Shown here piece by piece: positions 51,700 through 60,145 of a stretch of 64,000 nt of DNA. Position numbers and translations under genes: made by a program. The notes beneath the pieces are model-generated. The model was not told the DNA's origin, ran no database searches, and saw only the letters and a list, made by a program, of their open reading frames with translations. Each line of letters begins with the position of its first letter. The stretch's first letter is position 1. The DNA lies in contig JAWLBL010000003.1 in assembly GCA_041687695.1 (NCBI GenBank), forward strand, positions 119,660-183,659. The letters run 5' to 3'. Source of the DNA: Myxococcota bacterium (GTDB lineage: Bacteria; Myxococcota_A; UBA9042; PHBI01; JAWLBL01).

Positions 51700-53739
51700 T
51701 CAGTCGAGCATGCGCAGGCCCTGCACGGGCTGCTTGGCGGCCGCGCGGCCAGCGCTGTACTGCGTGGCGACCAGCGTGCAGACCAGCGTCCCGACGGCGA
51801 TGACGACCAGCACCACGGCCTCGAGCTGCACGGGCAGGCGGTCGATGAGGTAGATGGCCGCGTCGAGCTGGTAGTCCACGGCGCCGATGACGGCGCAGGC
51901 CCCGACCCCGAGCAGCAGGCCGGCGACGATGCCGATGCCGGAGACGAGCAGGCCCTGCATGGTGAAGACGAGCCGCACGACCAGGCCGGTCGCGCCCATC
52001 GCCTTCAAGATGGCGATGTCGGGGGTCTTGTCGTGGATGACCATGATCTGCGAGCCCACCACCACGAAGCAGCCGACCACGACGATGATGAAGAAGAAGA
52101 TCGACAGGATGATCTCCTGCATCATCAAGGCGCTGAACAGGTTCTTGTTCATCTCCTTCCAGTCGATGAGGCGGTAGGTCGGCCGGTGGCCGAAGTCCAC
52201 CTCGTGGAACTTGAGCAGGCCCAGCATGTCGACCGCGTTGTTCAGGCCGCCGACGAAGCCGGCGGGGCGCTCGAGGTGGATGCCCGTGACCTGCCCGTCG
52301 GCCACGCGCTCGACCTTGCGGCGCAGCTCGCTGGCGCTGGCGACCAGGGTCTCGAGCGAGTAGGGATCGATGGCGGCGGCCACCCGGCGCTTGGTCTGTG
52401 CGACCTGGACCAGATCGTCGGAGCGGACCTCGATCCAGCGGATGACCGGGCCGCGGTTCAGAAAGCGCTGGGCGGCGTCGATGTTCACGAGCGCGAGGCG
52501 GACGTCGTACTCGTAGAAGCCGCTCTCGAAGACGCCGACGACCTCGTGCATCACGCTGCTGGGCGCCATGCCGAAGGGGCCCATCATCTTGTTGTCCACG
52601 CCGCGCAGGGGCGTGACCAGGGTCACCTCGGTGCCCACGTCGGCCTCGAGGCGGCGGGCGAGGTCGGCGCCCAGCAGGATGCCGGGCAGGCGCGCCGGGA
52701 CCGGCTGGTAGGACGTGTGCTCGCCCGGCGCGGTCGGGGTGAGGGGCGTAGGCCCGTCGGCACGGGTCAGCGTCAGCGGCGGGCCCGCGAGGCGCTGGTC
52801 GACGACGCGCACCATGGCCATGCGCTCGCGGCCGGCCGAGCGGGCTGGCTCGACCATCGGGCGGGCGACCAGGCCGCCCTCGTCGGGATCGGGCGCCAGG
52901 ACCAGCGTCACCAGCGTGTCCGGGTCCAGGCTGAGGCGCTGACCGGTCGGCGTCAGGCGCCACTCGCCGGCCGGGACCTCGAACGCGGGCCCGAGCGTGC
53001 CGGGGGTCGCCGCCCCGAGCGGCACGGGCAGGGCGGAGTCGGCCTCGAGGTCGTCGGGGTCGCCGCCGTCGGGGTCGTCGCGCGGGACGTCCGCCGGGTC
53101 GAGCTGCACCGCCAGGGGGGCGCCGGACGGGCGCAGGTCCAGGACCGCGACCCGGGCGTTGCCGGCGTCGGGCGGGGTGCGGTCCTCGTGCAGCACGCGG
53201 GGCGCGGCGGAGGGGCCCGGCGGGACGAGGACCGTCAGCCAGGTCCCGGCGACGGCGTCGGCCAGCACCAGGCGATCGCCCTGGACCGTCACGTGGGGCG
53301 CCTCGGCCAGGCCCTGCATCGAGCCCTTCCGGACCAGCCGCGGGATGTCGACCACCGAGGCGACGCTGGCGAGGTCGATGCCCTTGATGATGGCCCCGGC
53401 GCGCGCCACGCCCGCGGCCATCATCATGTCGTCGTAGGTCGCCGGGGTCGCGCCCGCCACGGAGGGCGTCGCGCGGATGTCCTCGAGGAGCTCCGGCCAC
53501 TCGGTGAAGTCGCTCGACCGCTTGAGGACGACCATGTGCGGGTACAGGCCGAGGATGCGCTCCTGGAAGGTGGCCTGGAAGCCCTCGGTGACGCCGAGCA
53601 CGACCGTCAGGGCCATGACGCCGCAGGCGATCCCGGCGATCGAGATGAGCGTGACCAGCGAGAGGGTCGGCGAACGCCGCGACTTCACGATGCGGAGGGC
53701 GATGAAGGCGGCCAGGCCCAGTCGGCGTAGGTACGGCAA
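51700..53739 (-). CDS. LolC/E-type (FtsX-like) ABC permease with enlarged periplasmic region
   Basis: ISIAGIACGVMALTVVLGVTEGF, VVGVFESGFYEYD, DWKEMNKNLFSAL, KTPDIAILKAMGAT, IYLIDRLPV; start uncertain. Confidence 0.88.
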   Translation of the reverse strand: MPYLRRLGLAAFIALRIVKSRRSPTLSLVTLISIAGIACGVMALTVVLGVTEGFQATFQERILGLYPHMVVLKRSSDFTEWPELLEDIRATPSVAGATPATYDDMMMAAGVARAGAIIKGIDLASVASVVDIPRLVRKGSMQGLAEAPHVTVQGDRLVLADAVAGTWLTVLVPPGPSAAPRVLHEDRTPPDAGNARVAVLDLRPSGAPLAVQLDPADVPRDDPDGGDPDDLEADSALPVPLGAATPGTLGPAFEVPAGEWRLTPTGQRLSLDPDTLVTLVLAPDPDEGGLVARPMVEPARSAGRERMAMVRVVDQRLAGPPLTLTRADGPTPLTPTAPGEHTSYQPVPARLPGILLGADLARRLEADVGTEVTLVTPLRGVDNKMMGPFGMAPSSVMHEVVGVFESGFYEYDVRLALVNIDAAQRFLNRGPVIRWIEVRSDDLVQVAQTKRRVAAAIDPYSLETLVASASELRRKVERVADGQVTGIHLERPAGFVGGLNNAVDMLGLLKFHEVDFGHRPTYRLIDWKEMNKNLFSALMMQEIILSIFFFIIVVVGCFVVVGSQIMVIHDKTPDIAILKAMGATGLVVRLVFTMQGLLVSGIGIVAGLLLGVGACAVIGAVDYQLDAAIYLIDRLPVQLEAVVLVVIAVGTLVCTLVATQYSAGRAAAKQPVQGLRMLD

Positions 53740-53897
53740 ATCGGTTTGACGCCCCGTATGGCGGTCGGCTAGAACGCAACGGCTTTCAAGAACCGGGCCC
53801 TCTATCATCCGGTCCCAGCATCCGCAAGCGAACGGTATGTTCGGGTAGAGCCCCGCGGCGGGCATCGGGACGGAGGGTCCGCCGGGGGAGAGAGACG

Positions 53898-55673
53898 ATG
53901 AGCATGCGGCGCTGGGTGACGGGCAAGGTCGGAGTGATGGGCGCGGTCGCCGTGCTGGCGGCGGGCGCCGCCTGCGGTGACGACCCGGTGAAGAACACCG
54001 AGGACACGGCGGTGACGGACGCGGGTGACGTCGGGACCGGCGATGGGCTCGGCGACGACGTGGACGAGCCGGACACCACGACCACGCCCGACGTCGAGCC
54101 GACCGAGGACGTCCCGGGCGACGAAGGCTCGGACCCCGACGTGGTGGCCGACGTCACGCCGCCCAGCGACGTCGTGGACGCGACCGACACGATGCAGTTC
54201 CCCGACCTCGCGCCGGACACGACCAGCCCCACGGTGGCGTCCATCACGCCGACGCCCGGGGCGACCGGCGTCGCGACGCCCTTCACGGTGCAGGTCACCT
54301 TCAGCGAGCCCATGCTCAATGTCGTCAAGCAGACCTTCAAGGTCCTTGACGTCAACAATCAGGTGCTCGACGGAGACGTGGCGGTGTCCGCCGACGAGAA
54401 GACCGCCACCTGGTCGCCCAAGCCGACGGCCAAGTTCCTCAAGGCCTCGCCGTACCGGGTGGTGCTCACCGGTGGGACCATCAAAGATCAGGCGGGCAAC
54501 CCGTTGGTCGAGAACTACGAGGCGACCTTCTACACCGAGGGCTACCCGGACATGGAGGACTACGCCGCCCTGGCCGCGGCGCACGCCCCCGATCTCCGCA
54601 GCGCCACCGCCGGGGCCGCCGAGGCCCAGGTCCCGGTGCGCTTCGACGCCGACGGCAACTGGGACGCCAGCGACAACAAGGCCTGGCTGACCACCGTGGC
54701 GACCCAGCTCGAGCCGTCGGTTTACTACGACGTCTCCGAGACCCACACCCACTACCACATCCACTACGCCTTCTTCTTCCCCTGGGTGAACCACCCGGTG
54801 GCCAACTCGGCCCACGCCAACGGCATGAGCGGCGCCCTGGTGGTCGTCGAGAAGGCGACCGAGACCACCGAGCAGCGCCCCATCGCCCTGACCACCTACT
54901 TCAAGCAGGCCGGTAAGGAGGAGACGTTCACCTACGTCACCACCGAGAGCGGCATCGTCGGCACGCAGAGCGTCGGCAAGTACAACCTCAAGGCCGCCTA
55001 CGCGCAGGACGACCTCTTCCCCGAGGGGCGCTTCCAGGCAGTGATCACGGCCGACAAGCATCACCTGTGCATCGAGCACGACCTGGGCGCGCCGACCGCC
55101 CTGCTGTGCCCCCAGCCCGAGGCCGGTCACGGCACCTTGAAGTTCGCCTACACCGACGGCACGGCGGACGTCATCGAGAAGACCGAGGCCGGCTGGCCCA
55201 TGACCATGAGCGCCATCGAGGGCGAGCCCGAGGTCCTCGGCTACGCCTTGGTGTCGATGGTCGACAGCCTGTGGCCCCGCCGCCTCGACGAGGGCATCTG
55301 GAAAGACGATTCGTATTCCAACTACTCGATGCCCGGTCGCCCTGGCGACGGCACCTACATGCCCGCGCGCTTCATCAACCCGAACCCGCCGATTGGCTCG
55401 GTCGCCTCGGGCCGCCCCATCTGGAATTGGCGTCACGACCCCTCGGCCGGGGACTCCAATCCGACCCTCCAGAAGTATGGCGTGCTGGGCATGGACCCCG
55501 CCTACTACGTGTGGCTCCGCCACTCGTCGGCCGACGACGCCGACACCTCGGTCCTGACCAACTCCGAGGCCAACGCCGCCTACAAGCTGGCCTTCCTGGC
55601 CTACTGCTTCAACCCCTACGCGGGCGTCGACCACCGCCTCATCGACCCGGCCTGCGCGCCGCCGGCCGAGTAG
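53898..55673 (+). CDS. Lipoprotein with acidic linker, Ig-like (Big_5) domain and uncharacterised C-terminal domain
   Basis: GAAC lipobox; DTTSPTVASITP..GATGV...VTFSEPM...IKDQAGNPL. Confidence 0.8.
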   Translation: MSMRRWVTGKVGVMGAVAVLAAGAACGDDPVKNTEDTAVTDAGDVGTGDGLGDDVDEPDTTTTPDVEPTEDVPGDEGSDPDVVADVTPPSDVVDATDTMQFPDLAPDTTSPTVASITPTPGATGVATPFTVQVTFSEPMLNVVKQTFKVLDVNNQVLDGDVAVSADEKTATWSPKPTAKFLKASPYRVVLTGGTIKDQAGNPLVENYEATFYTEGYPDMEDYAALAAAHAPDLRSATAGAAEAQVPVRFDADGNWDASDNKAWLTTVATQLEPSVYYDVSETHTHYHIHYAFFFPWVNHPVANSAHANGMSGALVVVEKATETTEQRPIALTTYFKQAGKEETFTYVTTESGIVGTQSVGKYNLKAAYAQDDLFPEGRFQAVITADKHHLCIEHDLGAPTALLCPQPEAGHGTLKFAYTDGTADVIEKTEAGWPMTMSAIEGEPEVLGYALVSMVDSLWPRRLDEGIWKDDSYSNYSMPGRPGDGTYMPARFINPNPPIGSVASGRPIWNWRHDPSAGDSNPTLQKYGVLGMDPAYYVWLRHSSADDADTSVLTNSEANAAYKLAFLAYCFNPYAGVDHRLIDPACAPPAE

Positions 55674-55706
55674 CCGGCCCAGCCGACAGGCAAGCGACCC
55701 GACCGG

Positions 55707-55742
55707 AGGGCCGCGAGGACATGCGCCTCGCGGCCCTTCTTT
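55707..55742 (+). terminator. Terminator hairpin between convergent genes
   Basis: AGGGCCGCGAGG / CCTCGCGGCCCT 12-bp stem followed by TCTTT. Confidence 0.8.
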
Positions 55743-55756
55743 GTGTGTGGGTGCCG

Positions 55757-57799
55757 CTACATGCTACGGCAGCAGCGGAAGCCAACGTCGCCGGCTCCAA
55801 TGTTCAGCTGCCAACGAGTGGAGGCGCGTAGGAAGCTGGCGCCCATGAAGAAGCTGCCGCCGCGTTGGATACGGTCGACTCCGCTACCAGAGCACTCGGT
55901 GATCCATGCGGAGCCGTCGGTCGGCGCGCCATCGTAGGTCCAGTGATCGCAGTCCTCGACCCACTCCCAGACGTTGCCGGCCATCCCTAGTGCACCATAC
56001 GGACTCTTTGCGGCGGGGAAGGAGGCGGCGGGAACCGTCGCAAGGGTCCCGCATTGGTCGTAGTGCGCCACGGCGCAAGAGGGGGCGTCGTTGCCCCAAG
56101 GGTAGATAGCCGAGGCGGCGCTGCAAAGCTCGCCCGGGTACTGTTCGCAGCCGCCGCGAGCCGCCTTCTCCCATTCCGCTTCGGTACAGAGCCTCGCGTC
56201 CATCCACTGGCAGTACTTCACCGCCTGCGACCAGTCGACGAAGTTCATCGGGTGGTTCTGCTTGGCTGTGTTCGGAAAGGTGGCTCGCTCCGAGTAATAT
56301 GGGTCTCCGTGGCTGATGGGCCCCGTGCACCCCCCTGCGTTGACGCATTGCTTGTAGTTCGCGGCCATCACCTCGGTCTTCCAGATCGCGAACCCGGGGA
56401 CGTCGACTTCATGTTGTGGCAGCTCCCCGGAGTCACAGGCGCCGTCCAACGCGAGGTTGCAGCCCATCCAGAAGGGACCCGCGGGAACGAAGACCTCGGT
56501 CGCCGACTCGCAGGTGCCACTGCCCGTGCAGGTGAAGCCGTCGGGGCAGGGGACGCCGAGCTTCCCGCAGGGTGGCTCCGAGCATTGGCCCTGCGCGTTG
56601 CAGACCAAGCCGCCGGTACACGCGCCGCACAGGCCGCCGCAGCCGTTGTCGCCGCACTGCTTGTCGGCGCAGTCGGGCTGGCAGACGCACTGTCCGGCGG
56701 CGGTGCACGCCTGACCCGTCCCGCAGGTGCCGCAGGTCCCACCGCAGCCGTCGTCGCCGCACTGCATGCCGGCACAGTCGGGCTGGCAGACGCACTGGCC
56801 GGCGGCGGTGCACGCCTGACCCGTCCCGCATGATCCACAGGTCCCGCCGCAGCCGTCGTCGCCGCACTGCTTGTCGGCGCAGTCGGGCTGGCAGACGCAC
56901 TGTCCGGCGGCGGTGCACGCCTGACCCGTCCCGCAGGTTCCGCAGGTCCCGCCGCAGCCGTCGTCGCCGCATTGCTTGCCGGCGCAGTCGGGCTGGCAGA
57001 CACACTGTCCGGCGGCGGTGCACGCCTGACCCGTCCCGCAGGTGCCGCAGGTCCCACCGCAGCCGTCGTCGCCGCACTGCTTGCCGGCGCAGTCGGGCTG
57101 ACACACGCATTGGCCTTCAGTCGTGCAGGTCTCGCTCGCCTCGCAGGAGCCGCAGGAGCCGCCGCAACCGTCTCCGCCGCACGTCTTGACCTCGCAGTCG
57201 GGGACGCAGACGCACGTTCCGGCTCCGGAGCACTCGTGCTGCGGCCCGCAGTCCGTCGCCTCGACGCATTCGCAGCCGCTCAGATCCTCGAAGCAGCCGC
57301 TTTCCGCCTCGCTGCACACCGCTGACGCGCAGTTCCGGGCTGGGGAGGGGCACGTGATCGGGGTTCCGGCGCAGGTGCCCGCCATGCACCCGTCGTCGTG
57401 GGTGCAGGCCAGACCATCGTCACACGAGGTGCCATCCCCGGCTGCGACGGTCGTGCACAGCCCGGCCTGGCAGCGCGGCAGCGAGCAAGCGTCCTCGACC
57501 TGAGCCGCGCAGTCCGCGTCGACGATGCAGGAGGGCTCAACCACATCGTCCTGCATCCCGTCCGAGACGCCGGCGTCCACATCGGCGCCCGTGTCCAAGG
57601 CGACGACGTCGTCCGAAGACGGTTCCGAGTCAGCCCCCTTCGGAGCATCGCCCTCGGCGTCCTCTACATTGCCGCCCTGGGAGGCGACGCAGCCGGGAGC
57701 GTCTGGTGTCTCTTCGCAGGTGGGGACGTACGTGAAGCACGCGCTCGACGTGAAGATCAGGATGGCGCCGAGCAGCGCGTCGAAAGCGTAGGCTTTCAT
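55757..57799 (-). CDS. Cys-rich repeat protein with C-terminal formylglycine-generating enzyme (SUMF1/FGE, CLec-fold) domain
   Basis: VPAGPFWMGC, KTEV, RLCTEAEWEKAARG, YPWG, MAGNVWEWVED, RGGSF, VGFRC; probable lipobox SSAC. Confidence 0.9.
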   Translation of the reverse strand: MKAYAFDALLGAILIFTSSACFTYVPTCEETPDAPGCVASQGGNVEDAEGDAPKGADSEPSSDDVVALDTGADVDAGVSDGMQDDVVEPSCIVDADCAAQVEDACSLPRCQAGLCTTVAAGDGTSCDDGLACTHDDGCMAGTCAGTPITCPSPARNCASAVCSEAESGCFEDLSGCECVEATDCGPQHECSGAGTCVCVPDCEVKTCGGDGCGGSCGSCEASETCTTEGQCVCQPDCAGKQCGDDGCGGTCGTCGTGQACTAAGQCVCQPDCAGKQCGDDGCGGTCGTCGTGQACTAAGQCVCQPDCADKQCGDDGCGGTCGSCGTGQACTAAGQCVCQPDCAGMQCGDDGCGGTCGTCGTGQACTAAGQCVCQPDCADKQCGDNGCGGLCGACTGGLVCNAQGQCSEPPCGKLGVPCPDGFTCTGSGTCESATEVFVPAGPFWMGCNLALDGACDSGELPQHEVDVPGFAIWKTEVMAANYKQCVNAGGCTGPISHGDPYYSERATFPNTAKQNHPMNFVDWSQAVKYCQWMDARLCTEAEWEKAARGGCEQYPGELCSAASAIYPWGNDAPSCAVAHYDQCGTLATVPAASFPAAKSPYGALGMAGNVWEWVEDCDHWTYDGAPTDGSAWITECSGSGVDRIQRGGSFFMGASFLRASTRWQLNIGAGDVGFRCCRSM
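56620..57210 (-). repeat. Coding tandem repeat, 105-bp period (35-aa Cys-rich units)
   Basis: Near-identical blocks at 56681, 56786, 56891, 56996 (CQPDCAxKQCGDDGCGGTCGTCGTGQACTAAGQCV). Confidence 0.92.
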
Positions 57800-58149
57800 G
57801 AGGACTCCTGGTGGTGGAAGGTTGGCGAGCTTCCAGGCTAGCCGCCCCTGAGCTCGATGCGCAAGGCGACCTGGCATCGAGAACCTCGGCTGGTGGAGGA
57901 CGCCCCGGCCGACCGGGATCGCGTCCAGGCCCTCGAACGAGGGTCGGGCGGCCGAGCGAGGAGCCGTTCTCGGGTCCGGGGAGGACGTCGCGAGGGTCCA
58001 CCGGTCGCCAAGACGAACCCGGGATGGGGCCGGGGCGGTCGCGATGGTTTGCGCTGGGGTTCCGGGACGACATCGCGAGGACCTCGCGGATGCTAGCCGG
58101 ATCGCGGCCGGGCGCAGGGGCGATTGGCATGGATCGGGCAGCGCCGCCG

Positions 58150-58430
58150 GGAGCGCGCTGGGACGGTCGGGCGGCTCGGCGCCGGGTCCCGGTATGGCGC
58201 TGGGGCGGTCGGGGGGGCCGGTGCAGGGGCGCAGGAGGGCGTCGGGGCGATCGGGATCGGTCGGGGAGGGGTGCGGGGAGGGCGTTGGGGCGGTCGGAAG
58301 GCCCGGCGCGTGGGCGCGGGAGGGTGCTGGGGCGGTCGGCGGGCCGGTGCAGGGTCACGGGAGGGCGCGGGGGCGATCGGGATCGGTCGGGGTGGGGCGC
58401 TGGGAGGACGCTGGGCGGTCGGGCCGCCCG
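58150..58430. repeat. G-rich intergenic tandem array, ~42-bp period with ~126-bp higher-order unit
   Basis: CGRTCGG core at 58164, 58206, 58248, 58291, 58333, 58374, 58416. Confidence 0.75.
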
Positions 58431-58583
58431 GCGCGCGGTCGCGGTGGAGCGCGGTGGCACGAGGCGGGGCGCAGGCGGGCTCACGGGGGTTCGAAAGGGC
58501 GAAGCCCGGCGGAGGGCCGAGCTTCGCGGAGCGCCCTCCGCTCTTAGAGCGTCAGGCGCGTTCGTGGCAGGATCCGCGCGGGA

Positions 58584-60002
58584 TCAGAAGTCGCCGCAGT
58601 CGACGACGTCGACCTGGTAGTTGATGGTCTGGGTGCTGGTCGCGACGGTCACGTCGTAGACCTGACCGGCCTCCATGGTCCAGCCCTGGGGGATCATCGA
58701 CAGGGCGTACTTGCTGCCGTAGTTCGAGGCGAGCTGCGTCACCTTGATGGGCAGCGTCTGGCCGCCCGCGCGGATGGTGACCTTGGCGCCCGTCAGGTTG
58801 ATGGAGTCGCTCTGGAACGACCAGCCGGTCTTGTCCATGCTGCTCCAGCCGAGCGCGTTGGCCTCGTAGGGGAACACGCCCGGCGGCGGCCAGGCCACCC
58901 AGGGCTCGCCGGCCTTGCCGCTGCCCGACAGCACCCACATGCACGAGTAGCCGCTGGTCGAGCCCAGGCCGATGGGGCCCAGCGAGTTCGACAGCAGCCA
59001 GCGGCGGTGCCCCAGGGTCGTCGCGTTGCCCGGATCGATCATGTACATGTCGACCGCGTACACGCCGGCCACCGTGGCGATGTTGCTCTTGCCGGCGGCC
59101 TGCGCGCCCGTCTGCGAGTAGCACTTCCAGCTGGTCGGCGGCGTGTGCGTGATGGAGTTGTTGGCCTCCATCATCAGCGCGCACTGCTGAGCGGCCGAGT
59201 TGCGCGTCGGGTCCGTCTGGACCTCCGGCATCCCCGCCAGGAAGCGGTACAGGTTGACGATCTTCAACGCGTTGCCGCGGCCGGTCGCCGAGATGTCACC
59301 GGCGTTGCAGCTGGCCTCGCTGCCGCTCCAGCTGCCCTCGCTGAGGTTGGCGCGGTCGGCGTTCCAGCGGCCGCAGACGGCCTCGGCCGGGTCGCTGGGC
59401 CCGGGCCCGGCGTCGGGCGTGCTGGAGCCTGAGTCGGGCTCGCTGCTGCCGGAATCGGGGTAGCTCGTGCCGGAGTCCGGGGTGCTCGTGCCCGAGTCGG
59501 GGGTGCTGGTGCCCGAGTCCGGATAGCTGGTGCCCGAGTCGGGGGTGCTGGTGCCCGAGTCGGGATAGCTGGTGCCCGAGTCCGGGGTGCTCGTGCCCGA
59601 GTCGGGGGTGCTCGTGCCCGAGTCCGGCTTGGTCGTGCCCGAGTCGGGGTAGCTGGTGCCGGCGTCCGGCTTGGTCGTGCCCGAGTCGGGGTAGCTGGAC
59701 CCGGCGTCCGGCGTGGTCGTGCCCGAGTCGGGATAGCTGGACCCGGCGTCCGGCGTGGTCGAGCCCGAGTCTGGGGTCGTGGTTCCGGCGTCGGGCTTGG
59801 TGGTGCCCGAGTCTGGGGTGGTGGTGCCGGCGTCGGGCGTCGAGGCGTCCGTGTCCGAATCCTCGGCGCCGGACTTGCTCTCGTCCGGGGTCGTGTCGGC
59901 GGTCGCGTCGACCTCCCGACCGATGTCGGTGGCGCCCTCGTCGCAGGCGACGAGGCCCGCCATCAGCATCCAGCAGGCCAGCCCGGCCTTTACGTAGCTC
60001 AT
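58584..60002 (-). CDS. CAP (SCP-like) domain lipoprotein with low-complexity PDSGT stalk
   Basis: LVAC lipobox; VNLYRFLAGMP, ITHTPP, LGHRRWLL. Confidence 0.85.
   Translation of the reverse strand: MSYVKAGLACWMLMAGLVACDEGATDIGREVDATADTTPDESKSGAEDSDTDASTPDAGTTTPDSGTTKPDAGTTTPDSGSTTPDAGSSYPDSGTTTPDAGSSYPDSGTTKPDAGTSYPDSGTTKPDSGTSTPDSGTSTPDSGTSYPDSGTSTPDSGTSYPDSGTSTPDSGTSTPDSGTSYPDSGSSEPDSGSSTPDAGPGPSDPAEAVCGRWNADRANLSEGSWSGSEASCNAGDISATGRGNALKIVNLYRFLAGMPEVQTDPTRNSAAQQCALMMEANNSITHTPPTSWKCYSQTGAQAAGKSNIATVAGVYAVDMYMIDPGNATTLGHRRWLLSNSLGPIGLGSTSGYSCMWVLSGSGKAGEPWVAWPPPGVFPYEANALGWSSMDKTGWSFQSDSINLTGAKVTIRAGGQTLPIKVTQLASNYGSKYALSMIPQGWTMEAGQVYDVTVATSTQTINYQVDVVDCGDF
59405..59850 (-). repeat. Coding minisatellite, 21-bp period (PD[SA]G[TS]xx, about 20 copies)
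   Basis: Repeated GTGCCCGAGTC core; heptapeptide repeats in the translation. Confidence 0.9.
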
Positions 60003-60145
60003 CTTCCCTCCTTTTCGCGCGGTCAGCGCGACGGAGGGCACCCTAGCGGCTCATGCGACGCCGTCGGAAGGTCTGGGCAAGATGGGTGATATTCCCGACA
60101 TCACTAGCTTTTATTGCCATTGTGCGCTGCGGGCGCGGGCTCGCC

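Noticed and set aside
53829..53843. Second LexA-like site CGAACggtatGTTCG
   Set aside because: Spacer is 5 rather than 4 nt and the flanking genes are not repair-related
55757..55880. Active DGR variable region
   Set aside because: No template repeat or reverse transcriptase in the window; several variable-position codons (ATG, ACT, TGG, CAG, ATT, GGA) do not fit AAC-derived NNC
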